The position numbers and the translations under genes are program-made. Shown piece by piece: positions 7,260 through 18,955 of a stretch of 50,594 nucleotides of DNA (position 1 is the stretch's first letter; every line of letters starts with the position of its first letter). This DNA is from an uncultured Clostridia bacterium (lineage in GTDB: Bacteria; Bacillota; Clostridia; Christensenellales; UBA1242): assembly GCA_944372325.1 (NCBI GenBank), contig CALVYR010000004.1:1-50594 (forward strand), written 5' to 3'. Below the pieces are notes generated by a model that saw only the letters and a program-made list of their open reading frames with translations, made no database searches and was not told the DNA's origin.

Positions 7260-9914
7260 ATGGCATCTTTTGATTTAAATAAAAAAATAGAAAAGCCTAA
7301 AAGAAGGATAACCTCTAAAGCAGTGGGAATTATCCTTTTAGTTATATGTTCCATTGCCTTTATATCTCTTTTTACAGGGCTTATATCCTTTTTAAGATAT
7401 TTTTTTCTTGGAGTTATGGGACTATTTGCTTATCCTTTTTTTCTAACATTATTTGTGGTTGGACTTGCGCTTATAAACAATAAAAAATATGTTTTAAGTA
7501 AAAAATATATTCTTTATATTTGTTTAGCTGTAGTAAGTTTGCTTGCTATAATAAATCTTGCAATACTAGGTAGACCAGATACTGGGTTCTTTGAATATTT
7601 AGGGCTTTCTTACACCTTTCAATTAACTGCAGGTGGCATTTTAATAGGTTTAATAGTAGCTCCATTTCTATACACAATCGGGCTTGCGGGGGCGTTAGTT
7701 GTTTATTCCATTGCTCTAATTGTGTTTGTAGCGCTTATTATAGATTATCTTCACTATGTTAAACGCAACGCAAAATCTGTGCTTGTAGAAACTGCAAGGA
7801 AAAGAGAAGTTAAAGAAAATGAAAAACCATTAAAGCTTCAACCAGTTTTAGAGGAAGTCAAAATTGTATCTCAAGAACCTCAAGATGAGGCTGAAGAGAA
7901 AGAAAAAGAGGAATTTAATGTATTTTTGAATGCTCAGGTGGAGGAAAATAAAGCTGAGCTACTTGCTAAGCAAAAACTTGGTCTTGTAGAAGGATATGAT
8001 GCTTTAGAAGAAGAGAAAAAAGGGGAACAGATAAAAGAAAAATCTATCCGTGAACATCTTTTAACACCTCCTAAAATTGATATGAGCAAATATCATCATG
8101 CTGAGGACTATAACATAGCTCCAAGGTCTGAAATAACAGAGAATGTGCAAGAGCTTAAAAAGAGTGAAATATTTACAACTCCAAACTTTACTACTTCTTA
8201 TAACAAAGAGCAGGATATGAAGCCCATTATTGAGGAAAATGTCGCTCATGCAGAAAATATTTTAAAGTCTTCAATAAATGAAGAGCAAAATGTTGAAGTA
8301 AAAGAAACTTATGAAGATTTAACTCCTCAACCAGAACCTATTCAAGAGGTTAAAAAACCTAAGCATGAAAGAAATTTTGTTCAATTCCAAATAGATGGCA
8401 CGGAAAAGAAGAAAGAGCAAGATTTGCCTCGAAATGTTTACAGAAAGCCACCTTCCTATATTCGTCCTCCGCTTGACCTTTTAGATACAGTAAGCGTAGA
8501 TTTATCTACATTAAATGAAGATGTTGTAGGGAAGAGAGAAAAACTTGAAAATGTGCTTGAGCAGTTTAACATTCCTGCAAAAGTAATTGGCGTAGTAGTT
8601 GGCCCTGCCGTTACTAGATATGAGTTAGAAATGCCACCTGGCATCACTGTAAAAAAGGTTACAGCGCATGCGGATGATATTGCTTTAGCTTTAGCATCTA
8701 AGGGGGGTATAAGAATAGAAGCTCCAATACCAGGTAAGAGTGCGGTAGGTATTGAAGTACCAAATGAAAAGATAGCAACTGTTGGCTTAAAGGAAGTAAT
8801 AAATTCTAAAGAATTTTATAGCAATAAAAACCCACTTGCCTTTGCTTTAGGCAAGGATATAGCGGGTAATATTAGGCTTTGTAACCTAGCAAAAATGCCA
8901 CACCTTTTGGTTGCAGGTGCAACAAACTCTGGTAAAAGTGTATGCCTAAATGGCATTTTAATTAGTTTAATATATAAAACTTCACCAGAAGATTTAAGAT
9001 TTATTTTAATAGACCCAAAACGCGTTGAGTTCTCTATGTATAATGGCTTGCCACACTTAATGCTTCCTAATGTTATAACAGAGGCTGATAAGGCTATAAA
9101 TGCCTTTAACTGGGCGATAAATGAAATGGAGCGTAGGTTTGGTTTATTCCAAGAAACTCGCGCTAGAAACTTGGAAGAATACAACAATCTACCAGATGTT
9201 ATCTCTGGTGAAAAGAAAAAGCTTCCTATGATTATAATCATGGTAGACGAGCTTGCCGACCTTATCATGTGCAATAAAAAGGAAATTGAGGAAAAAATCA
9301 TGAGGCTTGCTCAAAAAGCAAGGGCTGCAGGTATTCACTTGATTTTAGCAACACAAAGACCATCTGTTGATGTCATTACAGGAACTATTAAAGCTAACTT
9401 CCCATCTAGAATTGCCTTCTCTGTAACCTCTTTCCAAGATAGCAGAACTATTTTAGACCAAGGTGGAGCGGAAAACCTTCTTGGAAGAGGAGATATGCTC
9501 TATGCGCCAGTTGATGCTGCTGAACCATCTAGAATTCAAGGCGCTTATGTATCTGGTGAAGAGGTATATAAGGTTGTGGAATTTGTTAAGGATAATAACC
9601 CTGGTGACTTTGATGAAGAAGTTGAATCTAAAATTTTAACAGTTCATAAAACTGGCAGTGGTGCAGAGGGAGATGATGATGGTGCGGGCTATGACCCACT
9701 TCTTCCACAGGCACTTAAGATGTTTATTCAAAATGGCCAGGCTTCTATTTCAGTAATTCAAAGAAGATTTTTAGTTGGCTATCCAAGAGCGGCTAGAATT
9801 GTGGATCAAATGGAAAAGGCAAACTACATTTCCCCACAGGATGGTAGCAAGCCTAGAAGTGTGTATCTAACTATGGAACAGTTTGAACAAATTTTTGGAA
9901 CTAATGTAGGATAA
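7260..9914 (+). CDS. ftsK: DNA translocase FtsK/SpoIIIE
   Basis: N-terminal TM segments, PHLLVAGATNSGKS, ATQRPSVDVITG, gamma domain (GYPRAARI). Confidence 0.96.
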   Translation: MASFDLNKKIEKPKRRITSKAVGIILLVICSIAFISLFTGLISFLRYFFLGVMGLFAYPFFLTLFVVGLALINNKKYVLSKKYILYICLAVVSLLAIINLAILGRPDTGFFEYLGLSYTFQLTAGGILIGLIVAPFLYTIGLAGALVVYSIALIVFVALIIDYLHYVKRNAKSVLVETARKREVKENEKPLKLQPVLEEVKIVSQEPQDEAEEKEKEEFNVFLNAQVEENKAELLAKQKLGLVEGYDALEEEKKGEQIKEKSIREHLLTPPKIDMSKYHHAEDYNIAPRSEITENVQELKKSEIFTTPNFTTSYNKEQDMKPIIEENVAHAENILKSSINEEQNVEVKETYEDLTPQPEPIQEVKKPKHERNFVQFQIDGTEKKKEQDLPRNVYRKPPSYIRPPLDLLDTVSVDLSTLNEDVVGKREKLENVLEQFNIPAKVIGVVVGPAVTRYELEMPPGITVKKVTAHADDIALALASKGGIRIEAPIPGKSAVGIEVPNEKIATVGLKEVINSKEFYSNKNPLAFALGKDIAGNIRLCNLAKMPHLLVAGATNSGKSVCLNGILISLIYKTSPEDLRFILIDPKRVEFSMYNGLPHLMLPNVITEADKAINAFNWAINEMERRFGLFQETRARNLEEYNNLPDVISGEKKKLPMIIIMVDELADLIMCNKKEIEEKIMRLAQKARAAGIHLILATQRPSVDVITGTIKANFPSRIAFSVTSFQDSRTILDQGGAENLLGRGDMLYAPVDAAEPSRIQGAYVSGEEVYKVVEFVKDNNPGDFDEEVESKILTVHKTGSGAEGDDDGAGYDPLLPQALKMFIQNGQASISVIQRRFLVGYPRAARIVDQMEKANYISPQDGSKPRSVYLTMEQFEQIFGTNVG

Positions 9915-9918
9915 AATT

Positions 9919-11232
9919 ATGAATAAAGAAGAACTAAAACAGAGAAAAGTATCCGCCTTTAATTTAGGGTGTGATAAAAATAGGGTAGACTTAGAGCATA
10001 TATTGTATGCATTAAAAGAATATGGTTTTACTATCACAGAGGATATTGATAATGCAGAGATATTGTTTGTAAATACTTGTGCATTTATTGCTCCTGCAAG
10101 AAAGGAAGCAATAGACGCCATTTTAACTGCAATTCACGAGAAAAAGTATGGTAAGGCAGAAAAGGTTATAGTGGGAGGTTGTTTGCCTCAAAGAAATTTG
10201 CAAGAGCTTAGGAATGCACTTCCTGAAGTTGACTATTTTTTAGACTTTAAAAATAATGATAAAATTATTAGTGTCATAGAAGAACTATACGATGTTAAAC
10301 CAACAAAGTTTAGTGTGCCAGATTATAAAAGAGTGCTTACAAACTTTCCACACTTTGCATATCTGAAAATAGCTGAAGGCTGTAGTAATGCCTGTGCATA
10401 TTGTGCCATACCAAGAATTAGGGGAAGATTTCGTTCTACACCTATAGAAATGCTTGTAAAAGAAGCTAAAGAACTTGCAAATAATGGCGTTAAAGAACTA
10501 ATTATTGTTGCCCAAGATGTAACAAGATATGGTGAAGATATTGAAACAAATTTAATTTCACTATTAAAGGAACTAGTAAAGATAAAAGGTATTGAATGGA
10601 TAAGACTTCATTATTTATATCCAGAACTTGTTACAGATGAACTTTTAGATTTTATTAAAAATCAGCCGAAAATGTGTAAGTATGTTGACATACCTTTGCA
10701 ACATATAGATGATATAGTATTAAAGAATATGAACCGAAGGACCTCGGAAGAACAGATAATAAACCTTATGGATAAACTAAAGGCTAATTATCCTGAAATT
10801 TCTGTTAGAAGTACATTCATAGTTGGTTTTCCAGGTGAAACTAGGGCTCAGTTCAAAAAACTATGCAACTTCTTGAAAAAATACAAATTAGAAAATGTAG
10901 GCTTCTTTCCATATTTCAGAGAGCCAAACACAAAGGCGTTTTTCTATAAAAAACAGATTTCAGAATTTACAAAGAAAAGGCGTTTAAGAAAAATTCAAGA
11001 TTTGCAAGGTGATATAGCTATTTTTAATAACATATCAAGGGTTGGACAAGTACATAAGGTAATAGTTGACTACTATGATGATGAAAATAAATATTTTGTT
11101 GCACGCACTGAATTTTGCTCGCCAAATGTAGACTTTTGTGTTATAATAGATAGTAATGTAGAGGTCGGTAAATTTTATAATGTAGAACTTACAGATCTTT
11201 CAGAACTTGGATATAGGGGAGAGGTTAAATGA
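9919..11232 (+). CDS. rimO: ribosomal protein S12 methylthiotransferase
   Basis: LGCDKNRVD, CSNACAYC radical SAM motif; ftsK-rimO-pgsA-recA synteny. Confidence 0.93.
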   Translation: MNKEELKQRKVSAFNLGCDKNRVDLEHILYALKEYGFTITEDIDNAEILFVNTCAFIAPARKEAIDAILTAIHEKKYGKAEKVIVGGCLPQRNLQELRNALPEVDYFLDFKNNDKIISVIEELYDVKPTKFSVPDYKRVLTNFPHFAYLKIAEGCSNACAYCAIPRIRGRFRSTPIEMLVKEAKELANNGVKELIIVAQDVTRYGEDIETNLISLLKELVKIKGIEWIRLHYLYPELVTDELLDFIKNQPKMCKYVDIPLQHIDDIVLKNMNRRTSEEQIINLMDKLKANYPEISVRSTFIVGFPGETRAQFKKLCNFLKKYKLENVGFFPYFREPNTKAFFYKKQISEFTKKRRLRKIQDLQGDIAIFNNISRVGQVHKVIVDYYDDENKYFVARTEFCSPNVDFCVIIDSNVEVGKFYNVELTDLSELGYRGEVK

Positions 11233-11831
11233 ACTTACCTAATAAAATAACTCTAATAAGAATAATCTTAATACCAATAATGGTATTCTTGTATTTAGCT
11301 ACATTTATACCATACGGTAAAATAATTGCACTTGCTGTGTTTATTTTAGCTGCTTGTACAGACTTTTTAGATGGCATGATAGCGCGAAAATATGGCTTGG
11401 TTACAAACCTTGGTAAGTTTTTAGATCCTATAGCGGATAAACTATTAACTGCAAGTGCACTACTACTTGTTGTATGTGATATGACTATCCCTGCACCATA
11501 TGGTGTGATTATAGCAATCATAATACTTGGTAGAGAATTAATTATTAGTGCCTTTAGGCAAGTGGCGGCAACAAAAAATTTTATTATGGCAGCAGATAAA
11601 TGGGGAAAAGTAAAAACTATTTTTCAAGACATTGCTTTGCCAGCGCTATTCCTTTTGAGTTTAATATATCAATATTCCTGGTTTAGCCAAATATTTGTGT
11701 TTGTATACGAAATTATCTGTTATGTACTAATAGGAATTGCAACACTTTTAACAATAATTTCAGGGCTCAACTATTTAATAAAAAATTGGAAGGTTTTAAA
11801 AGAGGATAAAGGAGAAGAAAATGGAAGATAG
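11229..11831 (+). CDS. pgsA: phosphatidylglycerophosphate synthase
   Basis: [25 protein letters not shown]. Confidence 0.95.
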   Translation: MNLPNKITLIRIILIPIMVFLYLATFIPYGKIIALAVFILAACTDFLDGMIARKYGLVTNLGKFLDPIADKLLTASALLLVVCDMTIPAPYGVIIAIIILGRELIISAFRQVAATKNFIMAADKWGKVKTIFQDIALPALFLLSLIYQYSWFSQIFVFVYEIICYVLIGIATLLTIISGLNYLIKNWKVLKEDKGEENGR

Positions 11832-12840
11832 AAGAAAAAATCTTGAACAAGCAATACTTCAAATTGAAAAGGACTTTGGTAAAGGCGCCATCATGAAGCT
11901 TGGTGATAGCGCAAAAGAGAACATTGATGTAATATCTACTGGATGTTTAACTTTAGACGCTGCGCTTGGAATTGGCGGTGTGCCAAGAGGAAGGATAATA
12001 GAAATATATGGGCCTGAATCCTCTGGTAAAACTACTGTTTCACTTCATATAATTGCAGAGGCACAAAAACTTGGCGGAGTTGCAGCATTTATAGATGCTG
12101 AACATGCCTTAGACCCTGTTTATGCTGCTAAACTTGGTGTTAAAATAGATGATCTTTATGTTTCTCAACCAGACAATGGTGAGCAGGCGCTTGATATCTG
12201 TGATACACTTGTTAGAAATGGTGCTGTAGATATTGTGGTAGTAGACTCTGTTGCAGCTCTTACACCAAAAGCGGAAATTGAAGGTGAAATGGGTGAAAAC
12301 CATGTAGGTTTGCAGGCAAGGCTAATGAGCCAGGCTCTAAGAAAATTAGCAGGCATTACAAATAAAAGTAAAACCTGCGTAATATTTATAAATCAGCTTA
12401 GAGATAAAATTGGTGTTATATATGGTAGCCCTGAAGTTACAACTGGCGGTAAAGCATTAAAATTCTATGCAAGCATAAGGCTAGATGTTAGAAAAGGTGA
12501 AGCAATTAAAGATGGCGCCAACATTATAGGTTATAAAACTAAAGTAAAGGTTGTTAAAAATAAACTTGCTCCACCATTTAAAGTTGCTACTTTTGATATG
12601 ATTTTTGGCCAGGGTATTTCCAAAACAAGTTGTGTTCTAGACCTTGCTATTGAATTTAACTTAATTCAAAAAACAGGCTCTTGGTTCTCATTCAATGGCG
12701 AAAAGATAGGTCAGGGAAGAGAAAATGCTAAGAAGTACATTGAAGAAAACACAGAGGTTTATGACGATCTAGTTAAAACAATTCAAGAGCTTTTAAAAAC
12801 ATCTTCAGATATGGTTATTGGCACTGATCAAGATGAATAA
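11821..12840 (+). CDS. recA: recombinase A
   Basis: [33 protein letters not shown]. Confidence 0.99.
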   Translation: MEDRRKNLEQAILQIEKDFGKGAIMKLGDSAKENIDVISTGCLTLDAALGIGGVPRGRIIEIYGPESSGKTTVSLHIIAEAQKLGGVAAFIDAEHALDPVYAAKLGVKIDDLYVSQPDNGEQALDICDTLVRNGAVDIVVVDSVAALTPKAEIEGEMGENHVGLQARLMSQALRKLAGITNKSKTCVIFINQLRDKIGVIYGSPEVTTGGKALKFYASIRLDVRKGEAIKDGANIIGYKTKVKVVKNKLAPPFKVATFDMIFGQGISKTSCVLDLAIEFNLIQKTGSWFSFNGEKIGQGRENAKKYIEENTEVYDDLVKTIQELLKTSSDMVIGTDQDE

Positions 12841-15092
12841 TTAAAGCTTAAATACCATTTATTATTTTTGTCGTATAGGGCGACGAGTTCAATCTCGTTG
12901 CCTTTTTCACTGGTCACTTCGTTAAGTGCAAAATTTTCTATAGAAGTTTCAATATAATATTTTGCTCGCTCTTTATCTTTTAACTTATCCTTAATTTCAA
13001 TTTTGCCGTTTTTATTTTCTATTGTATTTAGTAAATTTTCTTTGCCATTTGAAATTTTAAATATTTTATAACTCATAAAATTTTGAGCGTCAAACCAAAG
13101 ATTTACATTTCCAAAACCATCCACGCTTCCATTAATTTTGGCTGGCAAAACTTTTAAATAAGTTTCAGATTCCTCCTCTGGCAAATTGAATTTAGAAAAA
13201 ATTTCTTTAACGCGATATTTTTCTGGAACTAAACTATTGGCCTTTACAAGCCTGTGGTTATTCTCTAACTCTAAAGCATCTAAATCTATTTCATCTACTG
13301 AAGAGGGTTTTAAAAATTTATCCGGTGATTTTTCTGAGTAAATTTTACTAAAATATTCCTTTGCCATTTCAGTTGGAACGCCTCCACCAACTGTTGAAAT
13401 AGCAGAGTTGTCCATGTTTCCTATCCATGCGCCAAATACATCTTCTGTTGTGTAGGAAATGTTATAAGCATCTGTATTTCCTTTAGCTGTGCCTACTGTT
13501 CCTGTTTTAGATGCTACATCAAACTTAAAATTGGCAAGCTTTTTGGCAGTACCACTTTTTGCACTAGTTTTTAGCATATCTGTTATAAGATATGCTGTAT
13601 CCTCTCTAAAAACTCTGCGAGAGTTATTATTGGAATTATATACTATCTTTCCATTTTTATCTGTAATGTAGTTTATAAAATGAGGCTTACTATATTTGCC
13701 ACCATTTGCAAGACTTGTGTATGCTCCTGCAAGGCTACTTAAATTTGTTCCGTATGTAAAACCTCCAAGGCAAATAGCATAGTTATTATCCTGTTTATCA
13801 AGTTCTATTCCAAGTTTAGAAATATAACTTTTCATCTTGTCTAGCCCCACATAGGAAGCTATTTTTATTGTAGGTACATTGAGTGAGCGTGATAAACATT
13901 CTCTTGCTGAAACATAGCCATTATAGTTTCCTCCAACATTTTTAGGAGAGTAACCATCTATGCTGATTGGCTCGTCTAATATTTGCGTAGCAGGAGATAT
14001 TATATCTTCATTTATGGCAGGGGCATAAACAAGCAGAGGCTTTATAGCAGAACCTGGTTGACGCTTTTGTTCTAAAATTCTAAAGTTGCTATCGCCAATA
14101 AAGCCCTCAATGCTTCCATCTTTAGAGTTTAAACTAATTAAAGCGCAGTCGTTTTCAGTTTTTAGTTTATCAAATACTTCTTGAAGGGCTTTTTGCTTTT
14201 CTGGGTTTTGATATGTGTAAATTTTATATTCTGCAAGAGCTATTTGCTTTTCTGGAAGTTTTAAAATTTTCGATGCCTCCAAAATTGCATTTTCAGAATA
14301 AGAATTTAGTTTGTTAGAACTTTCATGGCTAAGATTTAATGCTATTTTCTTATTTACATTTTCGCTATAAGTTTTTTCAGATATCTTTCCGTCTTTTAGC
14401 ATTTCATTTAAAACAAGATTTCTTCTTTTCAAACACCTATCGGGGTTTGAAACAGGTGAGTAGTAATTTGGAGATTTTATCATTCCAGCAAGCATACAAG
14501 CTTCATCCAAACTTAATTCTTTTGCAGGTTTAGAAAAGTAATGTTTGCTTGCGCTTTCTATTCCATAACTGTTGTCGCCAAAGTATATGATATTTAAATA
14601 GTTTTCTAAAATTTCTTCCTTAGTAAAATTTTTTTCAAGTTCTAAAGCTAAAAAAATTTCGTTTAGCTTTCTAGAAAAGGTTTTTTGACTGCTTAGGTGA
14701 GTGTTTTTAATTAACTGCTGAGAAATGGTTGAGGCACCCTCTTTTAATTTCATGTTTTTTATGTTGGTTAACATGGCCTTTGCCATGCGTTTATAATTTA
14801 TTCCGTGGTGCTTATAAAAATCTTTATCTTCAATAGAAATAAACGCCTCTTTTACATATGCTGGAAGCGTGGAAAGTTTAGCTTTTTCATTAAAAATTGT
14901 GTTATCTTCTTTTATTAAAACATTGTTTGCGTTAAATACTTGTAAAGATATTGTGTTTTCTGTAATCTTTTCTTGAGAAAACTCAACTTTACTAACTGAA
15001 AGGCTATATATAATAAAACCGCCAACGAACAGAGCTCCTAATATGGCGAGAATTAAAATAGTTATTAAACTTATCTTTAATGCCTTTTTCAT
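12828..15092 (-). CDS. class A penicillin-binding protein (transglycosylase/transpeptidase)
   Basis: [26 protein letters not shown] and KTG motifs. Confidence 0.93.
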   Translation of the reverse strand: MKKALKISLITILILAILGALFVGGFIIYSLSVSKVEFSQEKITENTISLQVFNANNVLIKEDNTIFNEKAKLSTLPAYVKEAFISIEDKDFYKHHGINYKRMAKAMLTNIKNMKLKEGASTISQQLIKNTHLSSQKTFSRKLNEIFLALELEKNFTKEEILENYLNIIYFGDNSYGIESASKHYFSKPAKELSLDEACMLAGMIKSPNYYSPVSNPDRCLKRRNLVLNEMLKDGKISEKTYSENVNKKIALNLSHESSNKLNSYSENAILEASKILKLPEKQIALAEYKIYTYQNPEKQKALQEVFDKLKTENDCALISLNSKDGSIEGFIGDSNFRILEQKRQPGSAIKPLLVYAPAINEDIISPATQILDEPISIDGYSPKNVGGNYNGYVSARECLSRSLNVPTIKIASYVGLDKMKSYISKLGIELDKQDNNYAICLGGFTYGTNLSSLAGAYTSLANGGKYSKPHFINYITDKNGKIVYNSNNNSRRVFREDTAYLITDMLKTSAKSGTAKKLANFKFDVASKTGTVGTAKGNTDAYNISYTTEDVFGAWIGNMDNSAISTVGGGVPTEMAKEYFSKIYSEKSPDKFLKPSSVDEIDLDALELENNHRLVKANSLVPEKYRVKEIFSKFNLPEEESETYLKVLPAKINGSVDGFGNVNLWFDAQNFMSYKIFKISNGKENLLNTIENKNGKIEIKDKLKDKERAKYYIETSIENFALNEVTSEKGNEIELVALYDKNNKWYLSFNYSS

Positions 15093-15099
15093 CCCAAAC

Positions 15100-15128
15100 T
15101 ATTATGCCATGTATTGAATAATTTATAC
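15100..15128 (-). promoter_or_regulatory. putative sigma-F/sigma-G forespore promoter of the PBP
   Basis: GTATA-N15-GGCATAATA on the minus strand, 7 nt before the ATG. Confidence 0.55.
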
Positions 15129-15227
15129 TATCATAATTGATTTTTCATCAAGGTAAATTTTTTGAAAGATTTTATTTGATTTTTTGTTTAAATGTAGTAT
15201 AATTTAATGTAATTGTGATTTTAGCTT

Positions 15228-16355
15228 ATGAAAACTTATTTTATTACAACATATGGTTGTCAACTTAATGTACATGAATCTGAAAAACTCGCTGGGGTAT
15301 TACAAAAGCGAGGTTTTTTGCCTGCAGATAAACTAGAGGACGCGGATATAATCGTGTTTAACACCTGTGCTATTAGAGAGGGGGCAGAGGACAGGGTTTT
15401 TGGCAATGTTGGCGCTCTAAAGAAATTAAAAAAGGAACATAAAGAAAAGATTATAGCAGTTTGTGGTTGCATGACACAACAAAAGGCAAAAGCCGAGAAG
15501 TTATATCAAGTTTTCCCGTTTATAGATATAATTTTTGGCACAAGTAACTTACATAAGTTTGAAGAATTTTTAGATAAGAAAACAAAAAGGCTTCTTGCCT
15601 ATGATGAGGACTTTAATCTTGAGGGCGAAAATATGCCTTTTTATAGAACAAGCGGTGAGAACGCTTGGGTAAATATTATGCAGGGTTGCAATAATTTTTG
15701 CACATACTGCATTGTGCCCTATGTTCGTGGTAGAGAACGAAGTAGACCTCATGAGGATATTTTAAAGGAGGTTAAGGAAGCTGTAAACTCTGGCTATAAA
15801 CTTATCACTTTACTTGGCCAAAATGTAAATAGTTATGGTAAAGACTGCGGTGAGATAAGCTTTGCAGAACTTCTAACAAAGGTAGCAAGCATAGATGGAG
15901 ATTTCAAAATAGCTTTCATGACTTCTCATCCTAAAGATTTGACTAGTGAAGTAATAGATGTAGTTGCAAATAACAAAAAGCTTTTAAAAGAAATTCATCT
16001 GCCTGTACAAAGTGGTAGTAACAGCGTGCTTGAAAGAATGAACAGAAAATACACTGTAGAAAAGTATCTTTCTATTATAGAGGAAATAAAAACTAAAATT
16101 CCAGATGTTAGAATTACTACAGATATTATAGTTGGTTTTCCTGGAGAAACTGAAGAGGACTTTGAAAAGACCTGCTCGCTCATAAGAAAGGTGAAATACG
16201 ATGGAATATTTGCTTTTATGTTTTCAGTGCGTGAGGGAACTGTTGCTGAAAAGATGAATGATCAAGTGCCTTTTGAAATAAAAAACAGAAGAGTAAATAA
16301 AATTTTAGAACTTGAAAAAGAAATAAAAAAGGATAAACTTAATGGAAATAATTGA
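15228..16355 (+). CDS. miaB: tRNA-i6A37 methylthiotransferase, apparently lacking the TRAM domain
   Basis: TYGCQLN, NTCAIRE, CNNFCTYC; 375 aa. Confidence 0.88.
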   Translation: MKTYFITTYGCQLNVHESEKLAGVLQKRGFLPADKLEDADIIVFNTCAIREGAEDRVFGNVGALKKLKKEHKEKIIAVCGCMTQQKAKAEKLYQVFPFIDIIFGTSNLHKFEEFLDKKTKRLLAYDEDFNLEGENMPFYRTSGENAWVNIMQGCNNFCTYCIVPYVRGRERSRPHEDILKEVKEAVNSGYKLITLLGQNVNSYGKDCGEISFAELLTKVASIDGDFKIAFMTSHPKDLTSEVIDVVANNKKLLKEIHLPVQSGSNSVLERMNRKYTVEKYLSIIEEIKTKIPDVRITTDIIVGFPGETEEDFEKTCSLIRKVKYDGIFAFMFSVREGTVAEKMNDQVPFEIKNRRVNKILELEKEIKKDKLNGNN

Positions 16356-18951
16356 TAGAGAAAAGCTTTCTCCAATGATGAAGCATTATCTAAATATAAA
16401 GGATAAATACAAAGATACCATTCTATTTTATAGGCTTGGTGATTTTTATGAGTTTTTCTTTGATGATGCTATAGAGATGTCTAGCGTGCTAGACCTATCT
16501 CTTACAGGTAAGGATTGTGGAAACAATATGCGTGCTCCTATGTGTGGAATACCTTATCATGCTGCTGAAGGCTATATTGCAAAACTAATGAAGCTTGGCT
16601 ATTCTATAGGAATCTGCGAGCAACTTTCCGAGCCTAAAGCGGGAAAGATAGTAGAGCGCGATGTTATAAGAATTGTAACTCCTGGCACTGTAACAGAAGA
16701 TAGCATGTTAGATGAAAAATCTAATAACTACATAGCTTGTGTGACCTTTAACAATAATGAAGGCTTTGGTGTAGCAATAGCCGATGTTACTACGGGAGAA
16801 TTTAATATAGTTGAGTGTCAAAATTTAAACGATTTAGATAATATTATAACTCGAACTACACCTGCTGAAATTATTTCAGATGAGCTTTCCTTAAAATATT
16901 CAAATGAGCTCAGTTCTGTAAGACTGGGTACTGTGCCAAGATTTAAAAAATATTTCGATTGGGCTTTTGTTGAACCTAGAATAAGTGAAAATTTGAGGAG
17001 ACAATTTTCTGAAAATTGTTATTCCATTTATGAGTTAAAAGGCAAGGATGCGGTATGTTCTGCAGCGGGAGCACTACTTGAATATTTAAATGAAACGGAA
17101 AAGGTTGCTCTTCCTCACATAACTAAAATGAGATGGCTAAATGTATCGGAATATCTAATTTTAGATGCAAACACAAGGCGAAACCTTGAAATTGTAGAAA
17201 CTATGCGAGATAGAAGGAGAAAAGGTTCACTTCTTGCGCTTTTAGATAACACTTCTACAAGCATGGGTGCGCGTAAACTAAAAAATTGGGTGGAACAGCC
17301 TTTAAAGGATGCTAAAAAAATAAACTACAGGTTAGATACTATTGAAGAGTTAAATGGTAAAGTAATTTTGCGAGATGCTTTAAGGCTTAAATTAAAAGAA
17401 CTTAGTGATATTGAAAGAATAACTGGCAAAATTGCTATGGATAGAATCATGCCTAGAGATATGGGAAATTTGAGAAAATCTTTCCAAGCCCTTCCTGAAA
17501 TAAAGACGCTTCTAACAACATCAGGCTTTAAAAATTTAAGTGGCCTTGGCGAAGCTATTCCAGATTTTAGCCAGATTTGTGACATCTTAGAAAGAGCTAT
17601 AGTGGACAGCAATATTCCTTTAAATGTTAAGGATGGCGGTGTATTTAAGCCGAGCTATACCTCTGAACTTGAAAGCCTTAAAAACTTATTTGGCAAACAA
17701 GAAAAATATATCCAAGCCTTAGAATCTAAGGAAAGAGAACTTACTGGCATAAAGAATTTGAGGGTTATAAACAACAGAGTTTTTGGATATCTAATTGAAG
17801 TAACAAAATCAATGCTTGATAAAGTTCCTATGCGCTATACAAGAAGGCAAACCACAGCAAATTCAGAGCGTTTTACTACTGTCGAGTTAAAAGAACTAGA
17901 GGATAAAATTTTAAATGCGGGCTCGGAAATAGAAAAACTAGAGCTTGCCCTCTATGCTCAAATAGTAGAATTGCTGAAAGAGAACATAGAAAATTTACTA
18001 AAGCTTGGAAACATAATTTCAGAAGTAGATTGTTTGCTTTCACTATCAACATTAGCAGTAAGAAATAATTATTGCAAGCCCACTATAAACAATAAGATAA
18101 AGTGTATTAGAATAGAAGAAGGTAGGCATCCTGTGGTTGAAGATCTATTAAAACACGATCAGTTTATTAGCAATGACACCTTTTTAAACGGAACCGCAGA
18201 TAAAACTATGATAATTACTGGGCCAAATATGGCGGGTAAAAGCACTTATATGAGGCAAGTAGCAGTTATTACTCTTATGGCACATATAGGTAGCTTTGTG
18301 CCAGCTAAAAGTGCAGAAATTTGTATTACAGATAGAATTTTTACTAGAGTTGGTGCTAGTGACGACTTAGCCTTTGGGCAAAGCACTTTTATGGTGGAGA
18401 TGTCTGAAACTGCAAACATTCTTGCAAATGCCACAGAAAACAGCTTGGTTATTTTAGATGAAATTGGGCGTGGTACTTCAACTTTTGATGGTCTTAGCAT
18501 TGCTTGGGCAGTTGTGGAATATCTTTCAAAAAATATGAGATGCAAAACTCTTTTTGCAACTCACTATCACGAGCTTACAGAGCTTGAAGGCAATCTAGAT
18601 GGCGTAAAGAACTATAAGATAAATGTGAAAGAAATAAATGGAAGCATTGTCTTTTTAAGAAAAGTTGTTAGAGGTGGAGCGAATAAGAGTTTTGGTATAG
18701 AGGTTGCCTCGCTAGCAGGGCTTCCTAAAGAGGTAATAAAGCGTGCTAAAGAAATAAGTAGAGCTTTAGAGCAAGTTGATGTAAACAAAAATTTAGTTAA
18801 AGAAGTGGAGAGTGTAAACCCTGAAGCTGAAAAACGAAATAAAAATGTTACGGAAATAATGGGGATTCTTAACGATTTGAATATAGAGAAGATGACACCA
18901 CTCAGTGCATTTGAAATTTTAAATGATTTAATAACAAAGGCAAAAGGATAA
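16342..18951 (+). CDS. mutS: DNA mismatch repair protein MutS
   Basis: GDFYE, TGPNMAGKST, STFMVEM, DEIGRGT. Confidence 0.98.
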   Translation: MEIIDREKLSPMMKHYLNIKDKYKDTILFYRLGDFYEFFFDDAIEMSSVLDLSLTGKDCGNNMRAPMCGIPYHAAEGYIAKLMKLGYSIGICEQLSEPKAGKIVERDVIRIVTPGTVTEDSMLDEKSNNYIACVTFNNNEGFGVAIADVTTGEFNIVECQNLNDLDNIITRTTPAEIISDELSLKYSNELSSVRLGTVPRFKKYFDWAFVEPRISENLRRQFSENCYSIYELKGKDAVCSAAGALLEYLNETEKVALPHITKMRWLNVSEYLILDANTRRNLEIVETMRDRRRKGSLLALLDNTSTSMGARKLKNWVEQPLKDAKKINYRLDTIEELNGKVILRDALRLKLKELSDIERITGKIAMDRIMPRDMGNLRKSFQALPEIKTLLTTSGFKNLSGLGEAIPDFSQICDILERAIVDSNIPLNVKDGGVFKPSYTSELESLKNLFGKQEKYIQALESKERELTGIKNLRVINNRVFGYLIEVTKSMLDKVPMRYTRRQTTANSERFTTVELKELEDKILNAGSEIEKLELALYAQIVELLKENIENLLKLGNIISEVDCLLSLSTLAVRNNYCKPTINNKIKCIRIEEGRHPVVEDLLKHDQFISNDTFLNGTADKTMIITGPNMAGKSTYMRQVAVITLMAHIGSFVPAKSAEICITDRIFTRVGASDDLAFGQSTFMVEMSETANILANATENSLVILDEIGRGTSTFDGLSIAWAVVEYLSKNMRCKTLFATHYHELTELEGNLDGVKNYKINVKEINGSIVFLRKVVRGGANKSFGIEVASLAGLPKEVIKRAKEISRALEQVDVNKNLVKEVESVNPEAEKRNKNVTEIMGILNDLNIEKMTPLSAFEILNDLITKAKG

Positions 18952-18955
18952 GTTT

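Noticed and set aside
8702-8707. G6 run in ftsK as a contingency tract
   Set aside because: In frame (Lys-Gly-Gly codons) in a conserved core gene, and short
12828-12840. recA/PBP 3' overlap as an antisense control system
   Set aside because: A 13-bp convergent overlap is ordinary in compact genomes
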